From Limisphaerales bacterium (GTDB taxonomy: Bacteria > Verrucomicrobiota > Verrucomicrobiia > Limisphaerales > SXTU01): DNA of 45,970 nt. Numbering within the stretch: position 1 is the stretch's first letter; each line of letters opens with the position of its first letter. Below the pieces are notes generated by a model, which was given only the letters and a program-made list of their open reading frames with translations, was not told where the DNA came from and did not search any database. Both the position numbers and the translations under genes were made by a program. Shown one piece after another: positions 1 through 10,011 of this stretch. Location: contig JBEBFV010000003.1 in NCBI GenBank assembly GCA_040081795.1, positions 1 through 45,970 on the forward strand. Direction: 5' to 3'.

Positions 1-1
1 G

Positions 2-850
2 TTTGCAGCGTCCGTCGCAGCCACGGGCATTCTCGAAGCGGCCCGGGAGAACGTAAAGATCGCCGCGCCGAAGGCTGCCTTGATCCAGAAGGTCGCCGTT
101 CAAGTCGGCTCCAAGGTGAAGGCCGGCGACGTGATTCTCCAACTCGACGATCGCGAGGCCCGTGCGCGGCTCAACACCTTGCGCGCGCAGATCGCAGCCT
201 TGCGCGCCGGACTCAAAGCCGACCACGTGATGCAGGCCGACGCCGCCGACCAGCTCGCGCGTGCCGAGAAGCTGGCGAAGGAAAACGTCATCTCCGTGGA
301 CGAGCGCAAGCGCCGCGAGTTCGCCACGCAGAACTGGGACGCGCGCATCGCCAAGAGCGAGGCGGACATCGCCGCGATGGACGCGCAGTTGCAGCAGGTG
401 CAGACCGAGCTGGACATCCTCACCGTCCGCGCGCCGCGCGACGGCACGATTCTTCAGGTGAACGTCCGCGCGGGCGAGTTCGCCGGCACCACGCCGCAGG
501 AGCCGCTGATGATTCTCGGCGAGGTCGAGAAGCTCCAGGTGCGCGCCGAGGTGGACGAGCAGAACGCGCCGCTCGTCGAGGCGAACCGGCCCGCCGTCGC
601 CTACTTGAAGGGCGACACCACGCGGAAGCTCCCATTGCGTTTCGTGCGCATCGAGCCGTTCGTCATCCCCAAGCGCTCGCTCACCGGCGACAGCGCCGAG
701 CGCGTGGACACGCGCGTCCTGCAAATCATCTTCGAGCTGGACCGGCCCGAGGTTCCACTCTACGTCGGCCAGCAAGTGGATGTCTTCATCGAGCGCGGTC
801 CGACGCCGGTCGCTGCCGGTTCCGCAACTCCTCCACCCGCCAAGCAATGA
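2..850 (+). CDS. Efflux RND/ABC transporter periplasmic adaptor (HlyD/MFP family), 5'-truncated by the window edge
   Basis: Frame is open from position 2 (FAASVAATGILEAARENVKIAAP...). Lipoyl-like half motifs V-VG--VKAGDVILQLD and VRAPRDGTILQVNVRAGE flank a coiled coil. A TolC-like gene follows. Confidence 0.9.
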   Translation, partial: FAASVAATGILEAARENVKIAAPKAALIQKVAVQVGSKVKAGDVILQLDDREARARLNTLRAQIAALRAGLKADHVMQADAADQLARAEKLAKENVISVDERKRREFATQNWDARIAKSEADIAAMDAQLQQVQTELDILTVRAPRDGTILQVNVRAGEFAGTTPQEPLMILGEVEKLQVRAEVDEQNAPLVEANRPAVAYLKGDTTRKLPLRFVRIEPFVIPKRSLTGDSAERVDTRVLQIIFELDRPEVPLYVGQQVDVFIERGPTPVAAGSATPPPAKQ

Positions 851-893
851 ACCTTGAACGGGCCTGCCCAAGCAGGCTCACTCTCCCACGCAC

Positions 894-2282
894 ATGAAAC
901 GCATCATCCTGTCACTCGTAGCCACCCTGCTGCCCGCGCTCTCGCCTGCGGCCGACAAGCCCGCTGTCACGAACGCACCTTCCGCCAAGGCCATCCCCAG
1001 CGCCACCGTCGCGTGGCCCACCGCGCCGCTCTCCTTGCGGGACGCCGTAGATGTCGCGCTGCGCCAGAACAGCGCCGTCCTCAAGAGCCAGTCCGATCTC
1101 GAGGCCGCGTATGGAGTCGTTGTCCAGACAAAGGCCATCCAACTGCCTCGTGTCACGGCCACTGCCAACCACACACTGACCGACCAGGGCGCGATTGAGC
1201 AGTTCCCCTTCGGCGGCGGCGTCCGCACACCAGACCAGGCGTGGAACGTCCGGGTTCAGGTCACGCAGTCCATCTACGAGGGCGGGAAGATTGAGTCCGC
1301 TCTCCGCACCGCGCGGCTCACGCGCGAGCAGGCAATCCTCCAGCATGAGACCGTGCTTGCGGACACCGTGCTTGCCGTGCGCGTGAACTACGACGACGCG
1401 CTGCTGGCGGCGCAGCAAATCCTCGTGCAGGACGCCTCGCTGGAGCTGCTGAAGAAAGAGTTGCAGGACAACCAGCGCCGCTTCGAGGCCGGCACCGTGC
1501 CGCGATTCAATGTGCTGCGCGCCGAGGTCGAGCTGGCAAACTCCCGTCCGCGCCTCATCCGCGCCCGCAACGCGCTGCGCATCGCAAAGAACAACCTCGC
1601 CAACCTCCTCGGCTACGACGTGCCGCGCGCGGTCGTCGAGGACATTCCGCTGCAACTCTCCGGCAAGCTCGAAGCCGACGCGACGCCCATCGAGCTGCCC
1701 GTCGCGCTCGCGAAGGCACTGGAGCAGCGCACCGAGCTGGCCGCGCTCCGCAAGGGCGAGCGTTTGCGAAAGGAGGCGATCACCAACGCCGAGGCGGGCC
1801 GCAAGCCCAGCGCGCAAGTATTCGCGGGCGTCGGTTCGCACAGCTCGCGCTTCAGCCAGCACCTGACCAAGGACGTTTCCGGCTGGGACGTGGGCTGGCA
1901 GGCGAGCTGGAATATTTTCGACGGCTGGCTGGTGAAGGGCAAAGTCGCCGAGGCCACCGCGCTGCACCGCAGGTCGCAGGAGGAACTCGACGACATCGGG
2001 CGTCGCATCGAGCTGGACGTGCGCACGGCCTACTCGAACTTCGTCGAGGCGCAGGAGGTTTTGGAATCGCAGAAGAAAGTGCAGGAGCAGGCCGAGGAAT
2101 CGTTGCGCCTGGCCAACGCCCGCACCGAGGCCGGCACCGGCACACAGCTCGACGTGCTCAACGCGCAGACCGCGCTCACCATCGCCCGCAGCACGCAGAT
2201 CGAGGCGCTCCACGCCTACTCCGTAGCCCGCGCCCGCCTCGACCGCGCGATGGGTGTGACGCTGAAGGTGGACGGGAAGTAA
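894..2282 (+). CDS. TolC-family outer membrane efflux protein
   Basis: Signal peptide, LSLRDAVDVALRQN, and two OEP repeats (RFEAGTVPRFNVLRAEVEL; RTEAGTGTQLDVLNAQ). 462 aa. Confidence 0.92.
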   Translation: MKRIILSLVATLLPALSPAADKPAVTNAPSAKAIPSATVAWPTAPLSLRDAVDVALRQNSAVLKSQSDLEAAYGVVVQTKAIQLPRVTATANHTLTDQGAIEQFPFGGGVRTPDQAWNVRVQVTQSIYEGGKIESALRTARLTREQAILQHETVLADTVLAVRVNYDDALLAAQQILVQDASLELLKKELQDNQRRFEAGTVPRFNVLRAEVELANSRPRLIRARNALRIAKNNLANLLGYDVPRAVVEDIPLQLSGKLEADATPIELPVALAKALEQRTELAALRKGERLRKEAITNAEAGRKPSAQVFAGVGSHSSRFSQHLTKDVSGWDVGWQASWNIFDGWLVKGKVAEATALHRRSQEELDDIGRRIELDVRTAYSNFVEAQEVLESQKKVQEQAEESLRLANARTEAGTGTQLDVLNAQTALTIARSTQIEALHAYSVARARLDRAMGVTLKVDGK

Positions 2283-2468
2283 ATCCGGTTCGCCGTGCGA
2301 GTCAGCGGACAGAGTTTGGACCGCAGGGACGGGACGGGCGCAGAGGCCGGTAACTTGCAGGCTGTGCAGGAGTCGTCGGCACACGAGGCACAACTGGCTG
2401 TTCGGTCTCTTTCTCGTCGGCCGGGAGGATCAGCTCCAGGGCAGACAAGGACGCCTGGCACAGCAAGT

Positions 2469-2927
2469 TCACCTCGAGACGTCGGCCTGGCCGAGCACGC
2501 TGAACTGCTGCTTGCGCAGCGCTTCCTCCGCCACGTCGCGGTCCTCCAGGTTCAGCGCGAGCGCGGACTTGTCCTGCGAGCGTGTCATGAATGAGTAGAT
2601 GTAGTGGATGTTGATCTCCGCCTGAAGCAGCGCGGCGAGCACGTCCTTGAGCTGTGTCTCGGAGGCGATTTCCACGACGAGCAGCGCGCTCTCGCTGAAG
2701 GGGAATCCGTGCTCGTGCAGCAGGTCGCGCGCGGCGTCGGGGTCGTCCACCACGAGGCGGATGATGGAGCTGTCCGTGGTGTCGAGCACGGTGAGGGCGA
2801 GGATGTGGACGTTGCGGGAGGCGAGCAGGGTGGTGAGCGTGTGCAGCCGCCCGAGGCGGTTAGGCGTGAAGACGGAGAACTGTTTCACCGGGCCGCCGGG
2901 GCGCTGGCGCATCGTGGTGACACTCAT
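2469..2927 (-). CDS. ACT domain-containing protein (tandem ACT)
   Basis: VKQFSVFTPNRLGRL...NVHILALTVLDTTDSSIIRLVVDDPD and EINIHYIYSF are typical of tandem ACT proteins. Start placed at ATG 2927 because the longer ORF overlaps pirin. Confidence 0.85.
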   Translation of the reverse strand: MSVTTMRQRPGGPVKQFSVFTPNRLGRLHTLTTLLASRNVHILALTVLDTTDSSIIRLVVDDPDAARDLLHEHGFPFSESALLVVEIASETQLKDVLAALLQAEINIHYIYSFMTRSQDKSALALNLEDRDVAEEALRKQQFSVLGQADVSR

Positions 2928-2953
2928 GGGCGCAGTGTTGGCTGGTCCGCAGT

Positions 2954-3649
2954 TTAGTTCAAGTCGAAGACCAGCACCTGCGCGGGCCGACGGGCGGAGA
3001 GGCTGAGGGTGGTTTCGTCGGACAACGCCGCGCCGTCGCCTTCGTGCAGCGTCGTGCCGTTCAAGGAGACTTCGCCCTCGGCCACTTGCAGCCATGCGTG
3101 GCGCTGCGGCTGGAGCGTGTGCAAGACCTTCTCGCCGCCTGCAAACTTGGCCAGCCACACGTCGCAGTCCTGGTGCAAAGGCAGGCTGCCATCGCGCCCG
3201 CCGCGGCTGGCGACGAGGTGAAGCTGTCCCGGCGCCGCGCTGGCAAGGGACTTCTCGGCGTAGCTGGGCTTCACGCCGGTGCGCTCTGGGAGAATCCAGA
3301 TTTGCAGCAGATGGACCGGCTCGGTGGGCGAGTCGTTGAACTCGCTGTGGCGCACGCCAGTGCCGGCGCTCATCTGCTGGGCGTCGCCCGCGCGCATGAC
3401 GGCGGTGTTGCCCATGCTGTCGCGGTGGCGAAGCGCGCCGCGCAGGACGTAGGTGAGGATTTCCATGTCGCGATGCGGGTGCATGCCGAAGCCACCGCCG
3501 CCCGCAACGGTGTCGTCGTTGATGACGCGCAGGCTGCGGAAGCCCATGTGTCGCGGGTCGTGGTAGTCGGCGAAGGAGAACGTGTGCGCGGACTGGAGCC
3601 AGCCGTGGTCGGCGTGGCCGCGTTCGGCGGCGGGGCGGAGGGTGATCAT
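2954..3649 (-). CDS. Pirin family protein (YhhW-like)
   Basis: RGHADHGWLQSAHTFSFADY, GFGMHPHRDMEI, MSAGTGVRHSEFN, HLLQIWILP. Start at ATG 3649. Confidence 0.95.
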   Translation of the reverse strand: MITLRPAAERGHADHGWLQSAHTFSFADYHDPRHMGFRSLRVINDDTVAGGGGFGMHPHRDMEILTYVLRGALRHRDSMGNTAVMRAGDAQQMSAGTGVRHSEFNDSPTEPVHLLQIWILPERTGVKPSYAEKSLASAAPGQLHLVASRGGRDGSLPLHQDCDVWLAKFAGGEKVLHTLQPQRHAWLQVAEGEVSLNGTTLHEGDGAALSDETTLSLSARRPAQVLVFDLN

Positions 3650-3767
3650 GTCATGCCCGATGCGGGCGGAGGGGATGGTGCCGCCCTTTTCCCTTGAGTC
3701 AACCTGCGGCGCGCGAAAAGCTCCGAGCATGTCACCTGTGATTTGTCCGGGCTTCACCCACCGTGCG

Positions 3768-5201
3768 GTGAAGCGGTGCGCGCTTCTCCTGTTTGCGTTG
3801 CTCCCGCTGCTTGCGTTGGAGGCCGAATTGGCCCGCGCCGGGGCAGCTCAGGCGCGCGTGTTCCGAGCCGGTGCCGCGACGAGCAACGTCACGCCCTGGC
3901 TGGGCGTGTCCATCAGCGGCGGGTTTCAGGATTTGAAAGCACGTCATGTCCACGACGAGCTGCACGCGCGTTGCATTGTGCTGGACGACGGAGAGACGCG
4001 GCTGGCCTTCGCCATCGTGGATGTGGCGCTGCTGGGCCGGGAGCTGATTGACGAGGCGAAGGCGCTCATCCGAGAGCACACGGGCATCCCGCCGACTCAT
4101 GTGCTGGTGGCGGCGACGCACACGCATTCCGCGCCCACGACCATTCCGCTCGCGCAGTGCGAGCCGGACCCGGCTTATCAGAAATTCCTCGTGCAACGCA
4201 TCGCGGACGGCGTGCGGCGCGCGGCGAACCAACTCGCGCCCGCGCGCATCGGCTGGGGCACGGTGGATGTGCCGCAGCATGTCTTCAACCGCCGCTGGAG
4301 GATGAAGCCCGGCGCGGTGCCGGCCAATCCCTTCGGCGCAACAAACGAGTTGGTCCGCACCAATCCGGGCGTGAACAACCCCGACCTCGTCGAGCCAGCC
4401 GGGCCGACCGACCCGCAGGTGTGGTTCCTCTCCGTGCAATCCACGAATGGCCGTCCGGTCGCGCTGCTCGCGGACTACTCGTTGCACTACGTCGGCGGCG
4501 TGACGCCCGGCGACCTCTCGGCGGATTATTACGGCGTGTTCGCGGAGCGGATGGCGGAGCTGTTGCAGGCGGAGCGCAGCAGCCCGCCGTTCGTCGCGAT
4601 GCTCGCCAACGGCACGAGCGGCAACATCAACAACGTCAACTTCCGTGGTGGCCAGCCGCGCCAGCCGGCTTACGGGCAGATGCGCCTCGTGGCGAATGAC
4701 GTGGCAACCGCAGTCCACGCCGCACTCGCGAAGGTGGAACACCGCGACTGGGTGCCGCTCGCCGCCGCGCACACCGAACTCAAGCTGGCGACACGCAAGC
4801 CTGCCGCAGAGGAATTGCCCCGAGCCCGCGAACTGGTCAGCCGTGCGCCGTCCTTTCCACGCATGGCCACGCTTCCGGAAGTGTATGCCCGCGAGTCCGT
4901 CATCATGGCGAACTGGCCGGCACAGGTGAGCGTGCCGTTGCAGGCGTTCCGCGTCGGCGAGCTGCGCATCGGCGCGATTCCCGGCGAGCCGTTCGCCGAG
5001 GTCGGGCTGGACGTGAAGCGCCGCAGCCCGAACACCTTCGTCGTTTCACTGGCAAACGGCTACTACGGCTACATCCCGACGCCGGAGCAGCACCGACTGG
5101 GCGGCTACGAGACGTGGCGCTGCCGGTGGAGCTTCCTCGAAGTGGATGCGTCCGTGAAGATCATGGACGCGCTGTCCGACCTGCTGGGGAAGTTGCAGTG
5201 A
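3768..5201 (+). CDS. Neutral/alkaline ceramidase-like secreted hydrolase
   Basis: Signal-like N-terminus, VHDELHARCIVLDDG, ATHTHSAP, IPGEPFAEVGL, LANGYYGYIPT...GGYET. Start uncertain (GTG 3768 or ATG 3729). Confidence 0.75.
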   Translation: MKRCALLLFALLPLLALEAELARAGAAQARVFRAGAATSNVTPWLGVSISGGFQDLKARHVHDELHARCIVLDDGETRLAFAIVDVALLGRELIDEAKALIREHTGIPPTHVLVAATHTHSAPTTIPLAQCEPDPAYQKFLVQRIADGVRRAANQLAPARIGWGTVDVPQHVFNRRWRMKPGAVPANPFGATNELVRTNPGVNNPDLVEPAGPTDPQVWFLSVQSTNGRPVALLADYSLHYVGGVTPGDLSADYYGVFAERMAELLQAERSSPPFVAMLANGTSGNINNVNFRGGQPRQPAYGQMRLVANDVATAVHAALAKVEHRDWVPLAAAHTELKLATRKPAAEELPRARELVSRAPSFPRMATLPEVYARESVIMANWPAQVSVPLQAFRVGELRIGAIPGEPFAEVGLDVKRRSPNTFVVSLANGYYGYIPTPEQHRLGGYETWRCRWSFLEVDASVKIMDALSDLLGKLQ

Positions 5202-5263
5202 GCCGAAACCTTGCCCGGCGGACGAACGTCGGAATACCGTTGGTCACCCAGTTTGAATCGTTT

Positions 5264-6829
5264 ATGAAAGAACCGTCCTTCCTCGTTGGCCGCCGCCTTT
5301 GGCTGGCGGTGTTCGCCTGCGCACTCGCAATCACCGCTTCCGCAGCGCCGAAGCAGCCGAATATTCTCTTCATCTTCAGCGATGACCACGCATATCAGGC
5401 CATCAGTGCCTACCAGCATTCCATCAAGCTGGTGCAGACGCCGAACATTGATCGGCTCGCGAAGGAGGGGATGATTTTCCACCGCGCGATGGTGCCCAAC
5501 TCCATCTGCGGCCCGAGCCGCGCCACGGTGATGACGGGGAAATACAATCATCTGAACGGCTTTTACAACAACTCGAATAGCAAGTTCGACGGCACGCAGC
5601 AGACCTTCCCCCGGCTCCTCAAGGCCGCCGGCTACCAGACCGCCGTCGTCGGCAAGTGGCACCTAACCGGCGCGGAGCCGTCGAGCCTGGGCTTCGACTA
5701 CTGGGAAATCCTTCCGGGCCAGGGCATCTACTACAACCCGCCCATGAACCGCATGGGCCAGCAGGTCAAGCACACCGGCTACACCACCGACATCATCACG
5801 GACCTCTCGCTGGATTGGCTCAAGAACCGCGACAAGTCCAAGCCGTTCCTGATGATGGCCCAGCACAAGGCCCCGCACCGCGAGTGGTCGCCAAACCTGA
5901 AATACCTCGGCTGGAACAAGGACCAGAAGTTCGCCGAGCCGCCCACGCTCTTCGACAACTACACCGGCCGCGGTCGCGCCGAATACGAGCAGGACATGAC
6001 GCTGGAGAAGACCTTCACCAAGCTCGACGCCAAGCTCACCGTGCCCGGCAGCATGAACGAGGAGCAGCGCAAGACGTGGAACGCCTACTACGAGCCACGC
6101 AACGCGGAGTTGGAAAAAGCCAACCTCACCGGCAAGGAACTCATTCGCTGGCGCTACCAGCGCTACATGCACGACTACCTCGCCTGCATCCTCAGCGTGG
6201 ACGAGAGCGTCGGGCGGCTGCTCAAGTTCCTCGATGACGAAGGGCTGGCGAAGGACACCATCGTCGTTTACACCAGCGACCAGGGCTTCTACCTCGGCGA
6301 GCACGGATGGTTTGACAAGCGGTGGTTCTACGAGGAGTCGCTCCGCACGCCGCTGCTCGCGCGGTGGCCCGGGGTGACCAAGCCCGGCAGCGTCAACCGC
6401 AGCGACATTGTCAGCAACCTCGACTTCGCCAGCACCTTCCTCGAAGCCGCCGGCCAGCCGGTTCCGACGGACATTCAAGGCCGCAGCCTGCTGCCCGTCC
6501 TGCGCGGCCAGACGCCCGCCGACTGGCGCAAGAGCTTTTACTATCACTACTACGAGTTCCCCGGCCCGCACAGCGTCCGCAAGCACTACGCCGTCATCAC
6601 CGACCGCTACAAGCTCGTCCACTTCTACGAGCCAGACGTGAACTACTGGGAGCTTTTCGACCGCGAGAAGGACCCGCAGGAGCTGAAGAGTTTCTACGAA
6701 GACCCCGCCTACGCGAAGACCCGCGCCGAGCTGCACACGGAAATCACGCGTCTGCGCAAGGAACTCAAGGTGCCCGACCCGGACGCGCCCGAGACGATCA
6801 TCCGCCCCGGCGCGAAGAAGAAGCTGTAG
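5264..6829 (+). CDS. Sulfatase (formylglycine-dependent, S1 family)
   Basis: PNILFIFSDDH, signature CGPSR (CxPxR), GKWHL, YTSDQG, FDKRWFYEESLRTP. Start at ATG 5264 inferred. Confidence 0.95.
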   Translation: MKEPSFLVGRRLWLAVFACALAITASAAPKQPNILFIFSDDHAYQAISAYQHSIKLVQTPNIDRLAKEGMIFHRAMVPNSICGPSRATVMTGKYNHLNGFYNNSNSKFDGTQQTFPRLLKAAGYQTAVVGKWHLTGAEPSSLGFDYWEILPGQGIYYNPPMNRMGQQVKHTGYTTDIITDLSLDWLKNRDKSKPFLMMAQHKAPHREWSPNLKYLGWNKDQKFAEPPTLFDNYTGRGRAEYEQDMTLEKTFTKLDAKLTVPGSMNEEQRKTWNAYYEPRNAELEKANLTGKELIRWRYQRYMHDYLACILSVDESVGRLLKFLDDEGLAKDTIVVYTSDQGFYLGEHGWFDKRWFYEESLRTPLLARWPGVTKPGSVNRSDIVSNLDFASTFLEAAGQPVPTDIQGRSLLPVLRGQTPADWRKSFYYHYYEFPGPHSVRKHYAVITDRYKLVHFYEPDVNYWELFDREKDPQELKSFYEDPAYAKTRAELHTEITRLRKELKVPDPDAPETIIRPGAKKKL

Positions 6830-6839
6830 GCATGAAAGC

Positions 6840-6883
6840 TTGAAATCCCACTTCATTTCAACTCTCACACTCTCTGGTGAGAG
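6840..6883. terminator. Two small hairpins between the sulfatase stop and the att duplicate; possibly the original tRNA-Phe/sulfatase terminator
   Basis: ttgaaat/atttcaa (6840-6861) and ctctcac/gtgagag (6862-6883). No clear U-tract. Confidence 0.3.
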
Positions 6884-6899
6884 GGCACTTGATTGAAAG

Positions 6900-6930
6900 T
6901 GGTGGCTGCGGCCGGAATTGAACCGGCGAC
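6900..6930 (-). repeat. att site: 31-bp duplicate of the tRNA-Phe 3' end
   Basis: tggtggctgcggccggaattgaaccggcgac is identical to 33126-33156. Flanking sequences diverge immediately. Confidence 0.95.
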
Positions 6931-7009
6931 TAGGCTTTGAGCACAAAACACCCCGTTTTTGGCCGGGAAATCGTTAACGAACGCTGTTAGAACTCGAAGA
7001 TTTATGACC

Positions 7010-7022
7010 TCATGTGACGGTG
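7010..7022 (+). promoter_or_regulatory. Putative integrase arm-type binding site (left end)
   Basis: tcatgtgacggtg is identical to 33089-33101 and is preceded by a degenerate tandem copy (tatgacc). Confidence 0.6.
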
Positions 7023-7023
7023 A

Positions 7024-8094
7024 GTGGCATCGCTCTTCAAACGCAAAGGCAGCCGTAACTGGTGGATCAGCTTCCGCAAGCGCGGGAAGCGCTGGCACCG
7101 TAGTCTCCGCTACAAGCATGACGTGTCGGCGGACACTCGCAAAGCCCGTGAGGAATGCGCCCGCCAGACGCTGCGGGAGATGACCGAGTCCGGCCAGCAG
7201 GCCGAGAGCCGGTGGGAGGGCTGGGTGCCCGGCTTCTTCGCCCAGCGCTACGCCACCATGCCCAAGACCAAGCACCGCTACGAAATAACCTGGCGCACCT
7301 TTCTGCTCTTCTTCGACCGGATGGACATCACCAGCCCGGCCCAGATCGGCTACAAGGAGGTCATGGAGTTTCTGGCTTGGCGGCAAAACCCGGATGTAAA
7401 GGGCGTCTATCCCTCCTCGCGCAACACGGCCATCCACGAGGTAAAGATGCTCGGTGCCATCCTTCAGGAGGCCGTCCGCCGGGGCTACATCGTGGCGAAC
7501 CCGGCGCGCGGGCTGGGCCTGATTCGGGACAAGCCCAAGGAGAAGGCGGAAATCACGCTGGCCGAAGAGGCCATCATTCGCCGTGAACTGCCCAACTGGC
7601 CGGCGTGGATGCAGGCTTGTTTTGAAATCGCGATGGCGACGGGCTGCCGGCTCCGCGAGACCGCCATTGATCTCGCCAACGTGGACGTGGACGCCGGGAC
7701 CATGCACTTCATCGCCAAGGGCGGGCGCGTTCACTCCCTGATGATCCCGCCGGTGCTGCTCCCGCTGTTCCGCCGGCTGAAGGCGGAGGGGGCCAAGAAA
7801 GCGTGCGAGCTGCCCAAGAGCGGCCCGTCGAAGTTCTGGTGGAGCTTCTTTCGGAAAGTCGGCCTGCCCCACCTCTGCTTTCACTGCATTCGGGTCACGG
7901 TCGTGACACGGCTGGCCCGCGCTGGAATTCCCGAACGGCTCACCATGCGCTACGTCGGCCACGCCAGTTCGACCGTCCACGCCATCTACACCAAGTTGCG
8001 GCCAGCGGACCTTCAGTCCTGCATCGAGGCGCTCGCGGCGGCCAGCAAGCCCACGGTGCCCGCCGTGCCGGTCGCCGTGGCGCAGGCCGCGTGA
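7024..8094 (+). CDS. Tyrosine recombinase/integrase (island integrase A)
   Basis: Catalytic set TGCRLRE (R), AKGG (K), FHCIR (HxxR), VGHAS (H), HAIY (Y). Basic N-terminal arm-binding-like domain. Adjacent to att. Confidence 0.92.
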   Translation: MASLFKRKGSRNWWISFRKRGKRWHRSLRYKHDVSADTRKAREECARQTLREMTESGQQAESRWEGWVPGFFAQRYATMPKTKHRYEITWRTFLLFFDRMDITSPAQIGYKEVMEFLAWRQNPDVKGVYPSSRNTAIHEVKMLGAILQEAVRRGYIVANPARGLGLIRDKPKEKAEITLAEEAIIRRELPNWPAWMQACFEIAMATGCRLRETAIDLANVDVDAGTMHFIAKGGRVHSLMIPPVLLPLFRRLKAEGAKKACELPKSGPSKFWWSFFRKVGLPHLCFHCIRVTVVTRLARAGIPERLTMRYVGHASSTVHAIYTKLRPADLQSCIEALAAASKPTVPAVPVAVAQAA

Positions 8095-8126
8095 GTTGGA
8101 TGGGAGGCTGGTCTTCATCAGCGCCG

Positions 8127-9230
8127 TCAAATCCTGACCCGCTCGGCCCCGTCGCACTCATCCTCGTAGTCGTAAAACACCACGGGCGGCGTCGCGGCTG
8201 GCAGCGTCTTCACCGCTGCTGCGCAAGGTGCCAAATCCTCGGTCTGGAGGCGCTGGTAAAGGGTGTGAACGTCGGCGGAGGAATGGCCCACGAACTTCAT
8301 CGCCTGACTTTGGTTGACGCCCGCGCGGGCGAGGCGGCTGATCACTGTGACGCGGCAGCAGTGAAAGCAGTATTGCGGGCGGCCAATCCGGTCGAAAAAA
8401 CGGCGCCAGTGCTTGGAGGCATCCTCCGGAATTTCACAGGTGCGCTCGCGGCCTTCGGCGCGGAGGCGCTCAAAGAGCGGCCGCAGCCGCTCCTGCAAGG
8501 GCACGGTGAACACCTTCTGCCCCTTTTCATGGAACGTGACCGTCCACTGGTCCCAATTCACATCGCGGCGCAAGTCAATTGAGGTCGCGCGCAGCCGCGT
8601 GCCGTGAGCGATGGAAATCTGAAAGCTGACGAACATCCACTCCGGCTCCTGCTGCAGCTCGTCCAAGATCAGGGCAATGTCCGGGCCGCTGATCTCCGGC
8701 TTCTGCGGCGAGGGCTGTTTCGTCAGGCCGGTCTTGTGGCAGGGGTTCCGCTCGCAGAATTCCCGGCGGACGGCTTCGTCTAGCACAATGCCCAGCAGCT
8801 TCACATCGCCCAGGGAGGTATTGTGGCTGGCGGACCGGACGCGGTCATCATCGGGCTGCATCCGCCAAGCATGGTAGGCTAGGACATTGGCATAGCGAAG
8901 CTGACGCGGATGATGGAGGCCGTGGCGCTCAAGAAAGACGGACAAGACGCGCCATGATCCAAGATAGCGCTCCAAGGTCCTTGCCTGGTGCGGCGCACTA
9001 TGGCGGGAACGCAGGAACGGCAAGACCCACGCGGAAAACTTCTCGGTTCCACTGACATTTCGCCCCGTGCGCTCCTTGATGGATTCCTCCTCGGCGAGGG
9101 CGTGGGCGCGTCGCCGGTCCAACCGGTTGTCCTTCCGAAGCACGGTGCTCCGCTGGTGCCATTTGCCATCTGCGCCGCGCGTGCGGAGTTGCAGGAACGG
9201 GCTGTCAGTCTTGGCGACGAGGTGGGCCAT
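8127..9230 (-). CDS. Tyrosine recombinase/integrase (paralog B, convergent with A)
   Basis: HGTRLRA, HEKG, FHCCRVTVISRLARAG, VGHSS, HTLY. Collinear with 7024..8094. Confidence 0.9.
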   Translation of the reverse strand: MAHLVAKTDSPFLQLRTRGADGKWHQRSTVLRKDNRLDRRRAHALAEEESIKERTGRNVSGTEKFSAWVLPFLRSRHSAPHQARTLERYLGSWRVLSVFLERHGLHHPRQLRYANVLAYHAWRMQPDDDRVRSASHNTSLGDVKLLGIVLDEAVRREFCERNPCHKTGLTKQPSPQKPEISGPDIALILDELQQEPEWMFVSFQISIAHGTRLRATSIDLRRDVNWDQWTVTFHEKGQKVFTVPLQERLRPLFERLRAEGRERTCEIPEDASKHWRRFFDRIGRPQYCFHCCRVTVISRLARAGVNQSQAMKFVGHSSADVHTLYQRLQTEDLAPCAAAVKTLPAATPPVVFYDYEDECDGAERVRI

Positions 9231-9248
9231 TATGTGGAGTGGGGGAAA

Positions 9249-9275
9249 GGGGTGCCGTCACGGGGACGGCACCCC
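9249..9275 (-). terminator. Perfect 11-bp stem-loop between the hypothetical gene and integrase B
   Basis: ggggtgccgtc-acggg-gacggcacccc, followed on the minus strand by only ttt. Confidence 0.5.
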
Positions 9276-9285
9276 CGGTTTCGAG

Positions 9286-9987
9286 TCAGTTATAGGCCGA
9301 CACCTCAGCCGCCTCAGCTTCGGCGGTGGCCGGTTCGTAGAGCTGCGCGAAGGCGGCGGCGAACGCGTCCGGGAACTGATACGTGTCAAAGCGGTGGTAG
9401 TAGTAGGTTTCCAACCGCTCCTTCAGGAGTTCAGGGAGCAGTTCGCACTGCTTCTCGATGAGTTTGAAGGCACGGCGGAACCGCGCCTCATCCTCGCTCT
9501 TGTAACCGGCATACGCCTCCTTTGCCGCATCCATGAGTTGGGTGCACAGCGCTCCGAAGGACGCGTCGGCGTCCGGTGCCCAGTCCACTTGACCGTCCTG
9601 CCGATACGCGCCCTCAACCAGCCACTCAGGATGATAATCGCGGAGCGCCTTGAGCTGCGGCGCAACCCGCTCCCTGAAGTGACTCACCTGCCAGCCAGCG
9701 ACGGCGAGCGCACCAACGATCAGCACGCCATCCTTGGTCGCAGCGCCCTCTTCGAGCGCGTTGCCAATTTCCTGGCCGTCAATTGCGATGAGCGCAAGGT
9801 TCATGCAGGCGAGGGGGTTGATGTTCCTGGGGTCCTCGTCGTAGTCCTCGTCGGGGTTCCAGTAGGGGAGCATGTCCACCGCAGCCCTGCCGATGTTCGC
9901 GCGGGTCATGCTGGTGCGATCAGACCAATGTGTATACTCGTCGGGGTCAAGGCACGCCAAACGCGCCTGTTGTTTCATCGTGTTCAT
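9286..9987 (-). CDS. Hypothetical protein (acidic, helical)
   Basis: Protein-like ORF. Start set at ATG 9987, 24 nt after the conserved leader hairpin. No family recognised. Confidence 0.7.
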   Translation of the reverse strand: MNTMKQQARLACLDPDEYTHWSDRTSMTRANIGRAAVDMLPYWNPDEDYDEDPRNINPLACMNLALIAIDGQEIGNALEEGAATKDGVLIVGALAVAGWQVSHFRERVAPQLKALRDYHPEWLVEGAYRQDGQVDWAPDADASFGALCTQLMDAAKEAYAGYKSEDEARFRRAFKLIEKQCELLPELLKERLETYYYHRFDTYQFPDAFAAAFAQLYEPATAEAEAAEVSAYN

Positions 9988-10011
9988 AACGGTTTTCGGT
10001 TGACTGACTAG

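Noticed and set aside
6900-6930. Second tRNA gene
   Set aside because: Only the 3' 31 nt (T-arm and acceptor 3' strand) are present; it is an att duplicate.
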